The notes beneath the pieces are model-generated. The model saw nothing but the letters and a program-made list of their open reading frames with translations. It had not been told where the DNA came from and made no database searches. A stretch of 64,000 nt of DNA, from positions 62,001 to 126,000 of the forward strand of contig NW_026866095.1 of assembly GCF_026571515.1 (NCBI RefSeq). Direction: 5' to 3'. Positions 27,401-37,900 of this stretch are shown here, one piece after another. The translations under genes were made by a program, and so were the position numbers. The stretch comes from Ruditapes philippinarum (lineage: Eukaryota). The stretch's first letter is position 1; every line of letters starts with the position of its first letter.

Positions 27401-28314
27401 TTAAAACATCAAAATTATTTGGAAATTTTTGTCAAGGCCCAAAGCCATTGTGGAATTTTAAAATTTTTTAAAATTGTTTTTATAAAGGGATTAGAAAAAA
27501 AATTTTTGTATGTTTTTTAAGGTCATCATTGGAGTTTTATTATTTTGTATATTTGTAGGGTTTTTTAGGGAAAAAGGGACCAAAACTCCAGTTATCCAAC
27601 AAAGGTTTCCCCAAAAAATTGGCATGTCATCCCAAAGGTTATATGGTACTTTAAGGAGTAACCACCTGCCCTTTAAAACCCGGCCCCCTTAAAATTTAAC
27701 TCCCGTGAACAAAGTTTTGCTTTTCACAGAGGCTATTTAAAACTGAAAAAGGGTTTTTAAAATTCTGGAAAATTTTTTGGAAATTTAAAAAGGGAAGAAG
27801 GGTTTTGAGTAGAATTAAAGTTTAAATCATGAATTTATTTTTTTCATACTGTGTAACATCTCAAAGATTCTTCATGAATGCAAAAATAGTTGATTCGTTT
27901 TACAATACTAGACAAAGTTATACTAAATTGTAAAAATGTTTTTGTAGATGTCACAGAATCCTCTTATCAGATGTGTTTCAAAATGTCTTCTAGTAAAAAT
28001 TCAGATGCAATTCAAAAATGCTAGTCATAAATTTTCCATTTAAAAGACAGTTTGATTATGGCCATTTTTGCCAAAGAATATTTTTTCTGCCATTGTTTAT
28101 TCAAAATGAGTAAATGAGTTTTTAATTCAAGATATTTGAGGGTTTTTTTTTTAATTTTTACATAATTACATACTGTCATAGGTGTTAAATTTATATAAAA
28201 CAAAGTATTTATGTATTAATATTAATTTTTCCACAGGACCAGAAGTACTTGGAAGAGCAGAGTTTATACCTACAGACATTGAAATATATGCCACATTCCT
28301 CTCCCAAAAGCTGA
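379..28314 (+). CDS. FBF1: Fas-binding factor 1 (FBF1/Albatross) homologue; multi-exon, 5'-partial
   Basis: Exons joined by hand at AG/GT sites keep phase, except across garbled patches. Motifs match human FBF1 as I recall it, in order: DDLLGDLLDD, AELSDVSEAD...DLDDLDADL, RPAKSAMDKLLG...REFVLDAKY, EDDFLFGSY, ADWLGLK, a long coiled coil (IRRLEVE..., LQDRLNKQQ..., ERWKV...) and C-terminal DQKYLEEQSLYLQTLK. No database search was run. Confidence 0.9.
622..810 (+). mobile_element. Degraded SINE, same family as 52872
   Basis: tggccgagtgg...ccacttgccc...ggattcttttatgtgaggaagctatccagctagctta. Confidence 0.8.
1208..1280 (+). CDS. FBF1: FBF1 exon (DTGSPPKKP...KKQ)
   Basis: ctccag acceptor, AG|gtatgt donor, phase 1 to 2. 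Confidence 0.85.
1296..1870. mobile_element. Mariner-type non-autonomous element (MITE)
   Basis: 30-bp TIRs CGAGGGGTTATCCAAAAATTC(G/T)TGGACTTT with 1 mismatch, TA on both sides. Confidence 0.9.
2678..2783 (+). CDS. FBF1: FBF1 exon (SKDEDFYSSLAQAAEDAELSDVSEADVNKMAKSIA)
   Basis: ctcatag acceptor, gtaagt donor, phase 2 to 0. Confidence 0.9.
3318..3723 (+). CDS. FBF1: FBF1 exon (DLDDLDADLFQ..., S/T-P-rich)
   Basis: ctttag acceptor, G|gtaagt donor; overlaps ORF 3330..3758. Confidence 0.9.
4323..4415 (+). CDS. FBF1: FBF1 exon (DLNERAS...SIDFG)
   Basis: tctatag acceptor, G|gtcagt donor, phase 1 to 1. Confidence 0.85.
4969..5136 (+). CDS. FBF1: FBF1 exon (DFDADDPLAGIPLSDDEE...)
   Basis: ttcacag acceptor, G|gtaaga donor. 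Confidence 0.9.
5673..5795 (+). CDS. FBF1: FBF1 exon (ESPRQRTLFDRPPTRSG...)
   Basis: tgtag acceptor, G|gtatga donor. Confidence 0.85.
5974..6222 (+). CDS. FBF1: FBF1 exon (ALTKKKSEDALFSDDDD...AKYTQPQ)
   Basis: ttttcag acceptor, G|gtaaaa donor; conserved RPAKSAMDKLLG and REFVLDAKY. Confidence 0.92.
6401..6620 (+). mobile_element. Degraded 3' fragment of a related HINE
   Basis: ccataactct...gaattatggcccttttt...actatcaa...aagtcgagc, similar to the 3' end of family A. Confidence 0.55.
6664..8107 (+). mobile_element. Helentron/HINE (DINE-1-like) element, family A copy 1, four 163-bp units
   Basis: Subterminal IR CTCGACTATTC/GAATAGTCGAG, GCGTC-type microsatellite, 163-bp units, 3' hairpin GCTGTC-N5-GACAGC, CTTGTT end. 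Confidence 0.85.
8179..8275 (+). CDS. FBF1: FBF1 exon (GGQEAEDDFLFGSYMPS...RRSVR)
   Basis: ttttcag acceptor, AG|gtatgt donor. Confidence 0.9.
8351..8525 (+). mobile_element. 5'-truncated degraded SINE, same family
   Basis: ttggattctt...gtggttctactca...gtgcctaaaataatgca...ccagtaatgctggaa...atatgacc. Confidence 0.75.
8727..9518. mobile_element. pogo/Tigger-like MITE
   Basis: 21-bp perfect TIRs CAGTAAAAACTCTGAAAACCG, TA TSD, internal repeats of CCTCTGAAAACCGG. Confidence 0.9.
9610..9934 (+). CDS. FBF1: FBF1 exon (FQDDDDIFGL...ADWLGLK...QPL)
   Basis: aacag acceptor, TTG|gtaaac donor. Confidence 0.88.
10296..10453 (+). CDS. FBF1: FBF1 exon (LQSQPKPAQ...DDYLGLGDEIDPSKLL)
   Basis: ttttag acceptor (in-frame alternative start 10302), AG|gtacag donor. 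Confidence 0.85.
13837..14036. mobile_element. About 200-bp TTAA-type (piggyBac-like) MITE; related degraded copies near 820-1110, 3930-4130, 36468-36690, 39652-39858, 40750-40957, 47316-47497, 63042-63247
   Basis: TTAACCCTTAATCTGCTG ... CAGCAGAATAGGGGTAA ends; shared internal motifs such as (c)agtccatt and ctatactgg. Confidence 0.6.
15290..15705. repeat. Minisatellite, about 23-25-bp unit GGTCACATGATCATTTAACTATA
   Basis: About 17 degenerate tandem copies; preceded by a 28-bp duplication at 15223-15277. Confidence 0.9.
15887..16985 (+). mobile_element. Helentron/HINE family A copy 2, two 163-bp units
   Basis: Near-identical to 6664-8107 at both ends and in the body, with fewer units. Confidence 0.85.
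17422..17531 (+). CDS. FBF1: FBF1 exon (SKKPLFESAVRRNQ...SPERK)
   Basis: tttcag acceptor, C|gtaaat donor; phase 2 to 1 fits both neighbours. Confidence 0.75.
17888..18525 (+). CDS. FBF1: FBF1 Gln-rich exon
   Basis: Within ORF 17869..18633; acceptor tag giving start 17888 (or 17894), CAG|gtatat donor. Confidence 0.85.
18743..18826 (+). CDS. FBF1: FBF1 exon (LFSTGSSMFMDD...DAQSK)
   Basis: tttcag acceptor, AAG|gtttga donor, phase 0 to 0. Confidence 0.8.
18919..20588 (+). mobile_element. Helentron/HINE element with about 157-bp units in a 470-bp trimeric higher-order repeat
   Basis: IR ATCCCCCGCCGAA/TTCGGCGGGGGAT, (CCGT)n microsatellite, 3' hairpin GCCATG-TTGA-CATGGC, CTTGTT end. Confidence 0.85.
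20809..20909 (+). CDS. FBF1: FBF1 exon (IRRLEVELQYAKD...ETSF), start of coiled coil
   Basis: ttacag acceptor, AA|gtaagt donor. Confidence 0.9.
21328..21375 (+). CDS. FBF1: FBF1 48-nt exon (NRIALQEETHTKREQR)
   Basis: ttgcag acceptor, AG|gtaagt donor. Confidence 0.9.
21983..22141 (+). CDS. FBF1: FBF1 exon (WRAENEALL...EIEKLKEIQR)
   Basis: ataag acceptor, AG|gtacaa donor. Confidence 0.88.
23008..23127 (+). other. FBF1: Garbled FBF1 exon (expected coiled-coil segment), not translatable as assembled; bounds approximate
   Basis: Purine-rich island (ACAAGCTTTT...GAAGGAACGAAGGAGACC...GATGATGCAAGCTGCGCTAG) where the protein alignment needs an exon; lies in a homopolymer-inflated patch. Confidence 0.55.
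23833..23972 (+). CDS. FBF1: FBF1 exon (SLIAAVELINN...RAKDEQLK)
   Basis: ttttcag acceptor, A|gtaagt donor. Confidence 0.9.
24310..24428 (+). CDS. FBF1: FBF1 exon (LQDRLNKQQE...RMLEE)
   Basis: tttcag acceptor, GAG|gtatat donor. Confidence 0.9.
24790..24912 (+). CDS. FBF1: FBF1 exon (ERWKVKQEQSRL...MEKSR)
   Basis: ttacag acceptor, AGA|gtatgt donor. Confidence 0.9.
24975..25100 (+). mobile_element. SINE fragment, same family
   Basis: tctttcatgtgagaagctatctagctagctt. Confidence 0.6.
25244..25462 (+). CDS. FBF1: FBF1 exon, 5' half frameshifted as assembled (...QIKSAQAKAEFEALTKAIAEARDR)
   Basis: ttgcag acceptor, AG|gtctgt donor; an ALLE-like start is readable in a shifted frame; in-frame TAA at 25298 probably from sequence error. 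Confidence 0.75.
26070..26235 (+). CDS. FBF1: FBF1 exon (YESMKETNRNEE...IEDTYT)
   Basis: atacag acceptor, gtaagc donor. Confidence 0.88.
26562..26699 (+). CDS. FBF1: FBF1 exon (EGQRKFEEGMVAL...KEMAD)
   Basis: ttacag acceptor, gtaaga donor. Confidence 0.9.
27128..27800 (+). other. FBF1: Probably two garbled FBF1 exons (about 27128-27321 and 27559-27790)
   Basis: Acceptor-like ttactag (27127) and tttgtag (27558) followed by coding-like composition; the protein needs sequence between KEMAD and the last exon. Confidence 0.45.
28237..28314 (+). CDS. FBF1: FBF1 terminal coding exon (DQKYLEEQSLYLQTLKYMPHSSPKS*)
   Basis: ccacag acceptor, TGA stop; resembles the conserved FBF1 C-terminus. Confidence 0.9.
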   Translation, partial: DQKYLEEQSLYLQTLKYMPHSSPKS

Positions 28315-30086
28315 ATCTCATCATTACTGCAGTTTATAATGTGTACTTTCAATGTAATATAATTTCCAGATATGAACATTACAAAAACATTTAACATTTT
28401 TACACTGTAGAAAGATATTGCCAACTAGAAACAAATTCTGAACCATTGCAGCAATATGACCTACCTATGCAACCATTATAAAGTCAGACCATCTTACAAT
28501 CTAGTTACACTATACATGTATATTGTTTGCTGCTCAAATTTTGTGTTTTGATGTTGAAATCCCTTTGACTTACTAATAGACTGATCCATGCTTCAAGCAA
28601 GTCAAAGTGGTCAGATTTTCATGCTTTCATATTTTATTTTTCGATTTGAAAGCTTGTGAATTGAAATCATCAGTTTTGACTTTGTGATAAGTGTGCATAG
28701 ATTTTATAGGAATGTTTTTGGACAAGTTGTAATATGTATGGAATTACTAGTAGGATTTAGTATCCATAATGTATTCAACACCAAATAATTATTTTATAGT
28801 TTGTATATTTGGACTTCATCTTCTTAAAAGTTAATGATTATGAGTATTTGATTATTCAGGTGTAACAAAAATTTTGGAATTATCCACAGAATAAAAAGTA
28901 TTCAGCTACTATCTTGTAGTAATTAACTGTAGTTTAACTGTTATATAACTTAACTAGAATGTAATTTTTGTTGATTGGCAGATAAATCTTTGTGTGGATA
29001 ATCTATAGCACATTAAATTGTTGAAAAGTTTATTTATAGCTCATAACAGTGTAGAAAATCTATTTATAGTGAATACTGTTTGCAGAAAATCTGTTTATAT
29101 TGTATATTGACATAGAAAATCTATTTTTAGGTCTTGGAGATAGTATAATTAGATCTAGCAAATATGTGTCTTAAGGTCGTATAAAATGAGCTCAGTGCCA
29201 TTTAATATCTGTAGTATTTATCAAAGTTGCAGCTATGTTTTTTGGTCTGACATTTTGCATTATTTTGATTTATTTTTCGTGTTGGACATTTTACATTATT
29301 TTGGCACATTTTACATTATTTTAGTGCCAAACCTCCATTTGTTTCCATTTCTTGTGCCTTACCTAGATCTGTAGAGCATGTTAAATGCCTTATTATCCTT
29401 CAAAAACATGTTTTTCCCCACAGCATTTTACAGAGTTGTATTCTCATTGTCCTGTGATACAAGTCAGCAATAAAACTTTGTACACTTACATATAAACATA
29501 AAGGGAAAAATGAAGCAATTTCATGATTGGAAATTTCATGAGGTTATTAATAACATTGACTTTTCATATACATGTATATATAAAAATTATATATAAATCA
29601 ATGGGAAAGGTTACCCATGGTACATATAAAAATATTTTTTAATTTTTATAAGGTTTGTGAAGATTGCAGAAAAATTGGTAATGTGATAAAAATGATTTGA
29701 TGGTATTTGTTTGTTTTTGTTTTTTTTAAACTGAATTACAAAGCATTAAATGCTCATCAGATTCTTGCATTTTTATTTAAATTGTTTGATAAATTCATTC
29801 AAGATCCTCGTGTTGTATTCTTATTTATTATATTGTAAGTTTTCTGATGAATATAAAGTGTATCAACTCAAGATATATATACATAAGCGATAGTTGTCTG
29901 TAACCCATGCTCGATATTTGCTCGAGTTGGGATGTCAAGAATGTGCGCTGATTTTATGTTTACATACACCTAAGAAAAATTGTTCCTTTAGTTTTGTCCA
30001 GATTTTCTGTATGTATTTTTACATAAGGTGTATAATTAAAGGAGAATTATACAAGTTTTGGTATTCTGTTGGATTGCATCACACAT

Positions 30087-30223
30087 TGTGTAAAGTTGTA
30101 TATGTTCACACTAGCATGTACACACTCAAAAAATTGTGTAAAGTTGTATATGTTCACACTAGCATGTACACACTCAAAAAATTGTGTAAAGTTGTATATG
30201 TACACACAAGCATGTACACACTC
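30087..30223. repeat. 48-bp tandem repeat, about 3 copies
   Basis: TTGTGTAAAGTTGTATATGTTCACACTAGCATGTACACACTCAAAAAA. Confidence 0.9.
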
Positions 30224-30571
30224 GCCCAGGTGGCTGGGGTGATAATCAATATGGATCATACAACCCATGAAAATATCACATTCATGCAATATTTCCTTGT
30301 AATGCATATAGTTATATTTGAAAAAACTATCTTATTTGTTGGGTCCATACCCTAAAGGGCGGATGGACCCTCATTAAGCATAGAATACACACAAAGCCTT
30401 ATTTGTTTTTGTACAAGAAGTAAAGACACTGGTAATGAATATTTTTACCATTATTTTGTATACAAGAAATAAAGATTTATAAATGTTGTGTCAGTGTAGA
30501 CTATATTACATGTAAACAATCTTATAATAACAAACCAAGCTGTGATATGTTTTAATTTGTTTATTTTATGT

Positions 30572-31966
30572 TTTTATATGCCCGAAAGAATTTCGGGCAT
30601 ATTATGTTATACCCCCTGGTGTCCGTCTGTCCGTCCGTCCGTACGTCTGTTAGCAATTTGGTTTCCGGAGCATAACTTAAGTTCCATTTGGCCCACAGTA
30701 TTCAAACTTCATAGGATGATTGCCCATATTGGATAGAAGACCCCTATTGATTTTGGGGTCACAAGGTCAAAGTCACTATTAGCTAAATACTGAAAATGGT
30801 TTCCGGAGCATAACTTAAGTTCCATTTGACCCACAGTATTTAAACTTCATAGGATGATTGCCCATATTGGGTAGAAGACTCCTATTGATTTTGGGGTCAC
30901 AAGGTCAAAGGTCAAGGTCACTATTAGCTTAATACTGAAAATGGTTTCCGGACCATAACTTAAGTTCCATTTGACCCACAGTATTCAAACTTCATAGGGT
31001 GATTGCCTATATTAAGTAGAAGACCCCTATTGATTTTGGGGTCACAAGGTCAAAGGTCAAGGTCACTATTAGCTTAATACTGAAAATGATTTCCGGAGCA
31101 TAACTTAAGTTCCATTTGGCCCACAGTATTCAAACTTCATAGGGTGATTGCCCATATTGGGTAGAAGACCCCTATTGATTTTGGGGTCACAAGGTTAAAG
31201 GTCAAGGTCACTATTAGCTAAATACTGAAAATGGTTTCTGGAGCATAACTTTAGTTCCATTTGACCCACAGTATTCAAACTTCATAGGATGATTGTCCAT
31301 ATGTGGTAGAAGACCCCTATTGATTTTGGCGTCACAAGGTTAAAGGTCAAGGTCACTTTTAGCTAAATACGTAAAATGGTTTCCGAAGCATAACTTAAGT
31401 TCCATTTGACCCACAGTATTCAAACTTCATAGGATGATTGTCCATATGTGGAAGAAGACCCCTATTGATTTTGGGGTCACAAAATCAAAGGTCAAGGTCA
31501 CTATTAGCTTAATACTGAAAATAGTTTCTGGAGCATAACCTAAGTTCCATTTGGCCCACAGTATTCAAACTTCATAGGATGATTGTTCATATTGGGTAGA
31601 AGACCGCTATTGATTTTGGGGTCACAAGGTCAAAGATCAAGGGATTACTATCACCTTTAAACTGGAAACAGTTTTCGCTCAATATCTCAAGTATTAATCG
31701 AACTACAGCTGTAAAATTATATAGGATTAACAGCTTTATACCCCTGACGTCTTGGTGTCCATCCGTTGTAGCATTTTTACTTACAAGATAACAAGTTGAT
31801 GGTGGTGCTTTGAAAACAGCAACTGTATATATACATGAATGTTCTTCAGCTATAAAGGAGGATTGCTTTTGGAAGGAGGTAATACTGTATTTAATTCCCA
31901 TGTCTTCCTCACTAAAAGAAAGAGTACTTTCGGGCATATAATGCTCCACCTAGCGGTGCTCTTGTT
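30572..31966 (+). mobile_element. Helentron/HINE element with seven 145-bp units (first 138 bp)
   Basis: IR TATATGCCCGAAAG/CTTTCGGGCATATA, (GTCC)n, units starting 30661, 30799, 30944, 31089, 31234, 31379, 31524, CTTGTT end. Confidence 0.85.
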
Positions 31967-32251
31967 TAAGCATTTTATAGTCCTGTGCTACATGTCAAAG
32001 TTTAAGTTCAAAGTTTTAGTTTGTATGTTATTTATTAGTAATAAACATTAGTCAGGTTGTTCTATTTACATATATGTCCATGTTTTTACATATCATGTGT
32101 ACTTTTTATAAGACTTTTTGGAATAAAGTGGAAAAAAGAAGATGTATTTTAAATCTTTGCTCTTGTCATCCTATGTTAAAATCTCTTCAGTTATATCTTT
32201 TGCAGGTTCTAACTTCAAAAATGGTGAGATACATGTATTTTGATATTAATG

Positions 32252-33397
32252 AACAAGAAACGCCGCAATGCGACGAAAACCAGGTTTTCAACGACCAAGT
32301 TTTGATGTGACAGCAATCAATAGGTCAAAGTGCACTGAAGTTATGGAGTAGAAGCTGAAAATTCTATTGTAAGCAAATGACCTTGAACTTGCTCCCAGAT
32401 ATCTAAGTGGCAATCCAAAGCTGCCACTCAGCAAGTTTGGTGTCAAAAGGTCAAAGCAAACTCAAGTTATAACATGAAATCTAAATACATTGACCTTGAT
32501 CACAGAAACCTGGATAGCAATCCCAAGCTGCCTCTTGATATAAGCTACCCATTTATCAAGTTTGGTGTCAATAGGCCAAAGCAAACTCAAGCTATTGAGC
32601 AGAAACTGAATTTCTATTTTTAGTAACAGTGACCTTGACCTTGATCAAAGACACCTGGGTAGCAATCCCAAGCAGCCTCTTGATATAAGCTATCCATACA
32701 CCAAATTTGGTGTCAATAAGCCAAAGCAAACTCAAGTTATTAAGCGGAAACTGAATTTCTATTTTTAGTAACAGTGACCTTGATCACAGACACCTGGGTA
32801 GCAATCCCAAGCTGCTTCTTAATATAAGCTATCCATACACCTTGTTTGGTGTCAATAGGCCAAAGCAAACTCAAGTTATTGAGCGGAAACTGAATTTCTA
32901 TTTTTAGTAACAGTGACCTTGACCTTGATCACAGACATCTGGGTAGCAATCCTAAGCTGCCTCTTGATATAAGCTATCCATATACCAAGTTTGGTGTCAA
33001 TAGGCCAAAGCAAAGTCAAGTTATTGAGCAGAAACTGAATTTCTATTTTTAGTAACAGTGACCTTGACCTTGATCACAGACATCTGGGTAGCAATCCCAA
33101 GCTGCCTCTTGATATAAGCTATCCATACACCAAGTTTAGTGTCAATAGGTCAAAGCAAACTCAAGTTATTGAGCAGAAACTGAATTTCTATTTTTAGTAA
33201 CAGTGACCTTGACCTTGATCACAGACATCCGAGTAGCAATCCCAAGCTGCCTCTTGATATAAGCTACCTACACACCAAGTTTGGTGTCAATAGGCCAAAG
33301 CAAACTAAAGTTATTGAGCGGAAACCAAAAGATGACGCCCGGCCGCCGACTTCGGCATTACAATTACCCGGCTTTCGTTGAAAACCTGGTTAAAAAA
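32252..33397 (-). mobile_element. Helentron/HINE element with about six 145-bp units
   Basis: IR CCAGGTTTTCAACGA/TCGTTGAAAACCTGG, AACAAG end (CTTGTT on minus), GTGACCTTGAC core. Confidence 0.85.
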
Positions 33398-34610
33398 TAG
33401 TTACCAAATAAATTCACTTATTTTGTTTGGGAAAGGACTGAAACACCATGTCATAACAAATCTACGATAACTATGTCAACATTTGAGACAGTAATTACTT
33501 GCCTTTCAATCTAGCCAGGTCAGTCTGAACTTCAGCATTGTTTGAATTGGATTTATCCTGTTGTAAGACTTTTATGTTGAAAATCGTTTAAATTAACAAT
33601 GGAACAAGCTTGCACCAGAGTCGAACGTCAACCTTCTGTAAGCTAGCCAAATAGTACTCTCTCATGGAAGAGTTTAATTTTGGGATTTGAACCCTAAACA
33701 GTGATTTTAGACAAAGATTATAGCTAAATTTACATATGGTCTATAGAAACACAGAGGCAAGTAACATTTCAGGTGATGGAAGTTTTTAAATGTCTTTGTG
33801 CATTAATTTCAATCTGAAATATTTGTCATAAATGGCCCATTTCAATCATAACCACATCATGACATGTGTTTTGATATCAAGACATGTATCTGCATGACTG
33901 CAAATAATAAAATGTTTCAAAATGAAACATGAAAGCCTAATTTCCATACATTTCCCTTTATAAAAAGGGCTTTCTACTAGCTGTAACTTTTCGGTCCTTT
34001 CGATCAGTCTTCGGATAAGGAGCTTAAACACAATAGAAAGAATACACACTTTTACTAAGCAGGTAAATTCATAGTTATACAAGTTATACATTATATTTTA
34101 ATCATTATATTTTTAGAAACCAAAAGTACAATCTGTATACCTATTGAGGATATTCCAGATTTGGTTATAATTAGGTGACAATGGGCATTCCATTGATTGA
34201 TTTTGTTTGTCAGACAAATTTTTCAATCATAAATTTACTAACATTGACTTTTATTTTCTGTTGGATGTCAGTAAATACTTTTGATACTCATGATACAAAG
34301 ATTTCACCCTTTGTTTATGTTGACATCTGAGCTTCTTTCAAACCATATTATTATGAGTAATCGTCAAGGTGTTCCTTATGGGCGACTTTTTTTTAAAAGT
34401 CATACTAATTACAAATCCAATCCTGTCTCAAAAGTTGTGCAAAAACAAATCATCTATGGACTATACTTTGGAAAAGTAAAAAAACGTTTGCCATGCTTGT
34501 TCGCCATGCTTTGTATGTAAACCTTCCTTAACTACTGTACTATGGTTGACACGATCATTTTCATTTGGTAGACAACAAATACTTGGTGGTAAAAGTCATG
34601 TGTCACTGAA

Positions 34611-34780
34611 GGGATGTTCTGACCGAGTGGTTAAGGTGTCTACCTAGTGATCGTGGATTTGAGCCCTACTTGGGTCACAATTATGTTATGTTGTATGACA
34701 TCATACTGGTTCCACCAAGCGGACTTGAAAATGATAAATATAAGTTGCCAGAACTTGTTTTACAATCAAGCTTAAATAAT
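34611..34780 (+). mobile_element. Degraded tRNA-derived SINE of a second family
   Basis: A-box-like gaccgagtggttaagg, B-box-like ggatttgagccc, body different from the 52872 family. Confidence 0.55.
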
Positions 34781-37224
34781 TTCTCACTGAAGACAAACCT
34801 GGCTATTATCTACAGAAAGGGGGGGGGGGGGAGGTTAGGGGTGAAATAAAAATCAACACTTTACTCCATTTTATATTGTGTATTAAATTGTCTTATGTAA
34901 AAAGCACAAATTGTTTCCCTTTAATGCTCTTTTTTCTGATGAAGAAAAAGAAGAAAAAACAACAACATAAAAACTCAACTAATTGCAACATCAACAGAAT
35001 AAGTATAGAGCACATTTTTTTTCTCTCAAATTGCCAGCTGTAAAATTTAATATGTATAAAAGAAGGTATTAATAGACATGTTACACTGTTCATTACCTCT
35101 CATGTACATACTCCATTAAACCCAGTGTAATTTTAATAAGGTCTGACTTTGTGTTATTCTGATTTTGTACTTGGAACTACTGACATTAGAAATGAATAGG
35201 TCGTAACTTGAAAAAAAAAACCACTATACAAACTCAGTGAAGAAAAGTACAATAAAATGACATGAAATAAAAAAATAACCAGACTGACCACTGTCATCAT
35301 CATAAATTTACTTATCATAATAGAGGTGACAGAGAATCCCAAAACAATAAAAAACTAATTTCAGTAATTATGAAAAAAGTGCCTTTTAAAACATCTCCAT
35401 CATATTCATGGGTAACACTTGCTTTATGCCAAAGTTTGCATATAAAATTTCAGTTACCTTGCATATTATATAGAAGTATATAACACTTTTGATAAAGCTT
35501 TGACAAGCCAGATTTTGTCCTGAAAAAAAATGTCTACAAAAATAAATTTATTTTTCTATAAATAGTAACACTGTTAGAAATCTGTCAAATCACACGAAAA
35601 AGCAATAATTTTATACTATAATTGTAAACAATTGAATTAAGCAGAAGGTAGGAGGTATGAGAAGTTAAACTATTCATTACCTCTCATGAACAAAATCAAT
35701 TTAACCTAGTGCAATTTTAACCTGTTTTTTTTTTTCTGTTTTCAAATTCGGCACAAGTCTGACATGATTTTCTGTGTCCTATATAGTTATAAAAGCATTA
35801 CAACAAAAAGTGCTCATCATCCCACTGCCTTCTAAATAAATATCTTGATTTAGATTTTTTACAGCTATTGCTTTATGGAAAACTTTATAATTAAATGCCT
35901 TGTTCATTAATTGCCAGGAAATGTTACACTGATTACTGTCATACAATAAATAACAATATCGCAAATTATATCTGATATCTGATCACTACATATATATGTG
36001 TGTGTGTATATAAAAAAATAAAGCACAACTCTTCATATAAAAAACTTTTGAAAGAAAATAAAGCAACAACAAAAATGAGCTAACAAAAACAACAATAACT
36101 TGAGAAGAATACAACTTTCTCACTTACAGCAGGACAATGTTCTACAACATCATACAAATATAAACATGTGTTTCAGTAAATGTATAATGTACATGTTTAT
36201 ATATACATACATGTAAAGATATAGGAAAAAGCTACAGCCTTTGTATGTTATTCAAAACATTTCTCTATTAAAATTGTCTGGCCATTCATTTTAAACCAGT
36301 GAAAAATCCAAAAAAATAAAACATAAATATAACCACCCCCTAAATTTCAGCATTATTCCCATTTGATTATTCTGACAATTTGGTAATTTTAATCAAATTA
36401 TTTACCAAAAGTTAATTAAAATAAATCAAGCAGATACACCCGTAACTTTATTACTTTTCTTAAACCCTTAACCTGCTGAATTTTTGTAATGGATTTGCCC
36501 TGGGTTGAAACTAAAAGTTTAAAGGGAATTTTAATTTTAAAAATTTAAAAACACAAAAATTTGAAGCACCCCAGTATAGAAAACTTGAGGGCTGGTCGGA
36601 ATGCATGAAAATGCAACCCCAAACCTGGGTCTGACGGTGACAAAAAGCTAAACAGTTTTATTTTCCCAGGGGGAAAACTGGTTTTAAAGGGTATTACTTT
36701 ATTTTTTATAAGGGAAAGTTTATTTTCAGCTGTAAATTTAAAAATCCAAAACTGCCCCAAATTTCAAAGCAAAATGGGAATTTAAAAAAAATGAGTTTAA
36801 AAAAATTACAAAGTATCGCATTTTAAATCAAAAAAGTTTTATTAGAAAATGTTATCTTGTCATTTACCTGGGTGTTTCAATAAATTTTAATATATATTCC
36901 CAAATAACAAAAGCTGAGAAAATAATCTATACAGCAGAAATTATTCTGACTCAACAGTTGTTATGTCTATCTAAAGCATGTTTGAAATAAAGTTTTCATA
37001 AATTACTACACTGTATAAGGATGATAACTTGGTTTTAATGTTCTTTGAAGAGTCCAATAAATGTCCAATATTATCCCAAATAAGAAGCCAATACCTGAAA
37101 TCTTTCTTATCATTTATTTGTTACAATAATGATATCTTTGTTATGCAACCAAAATGTTGAGTTATCACTAGAGCATGATATTGTTTACAAAGTAGGTCAT
37201 ACAACACAGATTGTCCACAGATCT

Positions 37225-37900
37225 GACAGGTCATATGACACTCAATGTACACAAATCAGGTCATATGACACTCAATGTACACAAATCTGGTTATATGATA
37301 CATACCATAAAGGTCATATGACAAAAAGTGTACACAAATCAGGTCATATGACACTCAATGTACACAAATCTGGTTATATGATACATACCACAAATAAAGG
37401 TCATATGACAACAAAAAGTGTACACAAATCAGGTCATATGACACTCAATGTACATAAATCAGGTTATATGATACATACCACAAATAAAGGTCATATGACA
37501 AAAAGTGTACACAAATCAGGTCATATGACACTCAATGTACACAAATCAGGTTATATGATACATACCATAAATAAAGGTCATATGACAAAAAGTGTACACA
37601 AATCAGGTCATATGACACTCAATGTACACAAATCAGGTTATATGATACATACCACAAATAAAGGTCATATGACAAAAAGTGTACACAAATCAGGTTATAT
37701 GATACATACCATAAATAAAGGTCATATGACAAAAAGTGTACACAAATCAGGTCATATGATACATACCATAAATAAACCAGGTCATATCACAAAAAGTGTA
37801 CACAGAGCAGATTGTTTGACAGACTGTACATACACAAATTAGGTCATTTTGCACACAGACCTTACACAAAAAAGGTCATATGACACAGAATGCACACAAA
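37225..37900. repeat. Minisatellite of 27-30-bp units with an 87-bp higher-order period
   Basis: AAATCAGGTCATATGACACTCAATGTACAC and variants; produces the repetitive ORF 37129..37842. Confidence 0.9.

Noticed and set aside
22500-27830. FBF1 pseudogene, RNA editing or programmed frameshifting
   Set aside because: Damage is confined to homopolymer-inflated patches that also hit introns and intergenic DNA; sequence error is the simpler explanation.
29894-30355. 153-aa ORF
   Set aside because: Kept open partly by the 48-bp tandem repeat; no coding signature.
37129-37842. 237-aa His/Lys-rich repetitive ORF
   Set aside because: Arises from a minisatellite whose units are multiples of 3; no splice or homology support.
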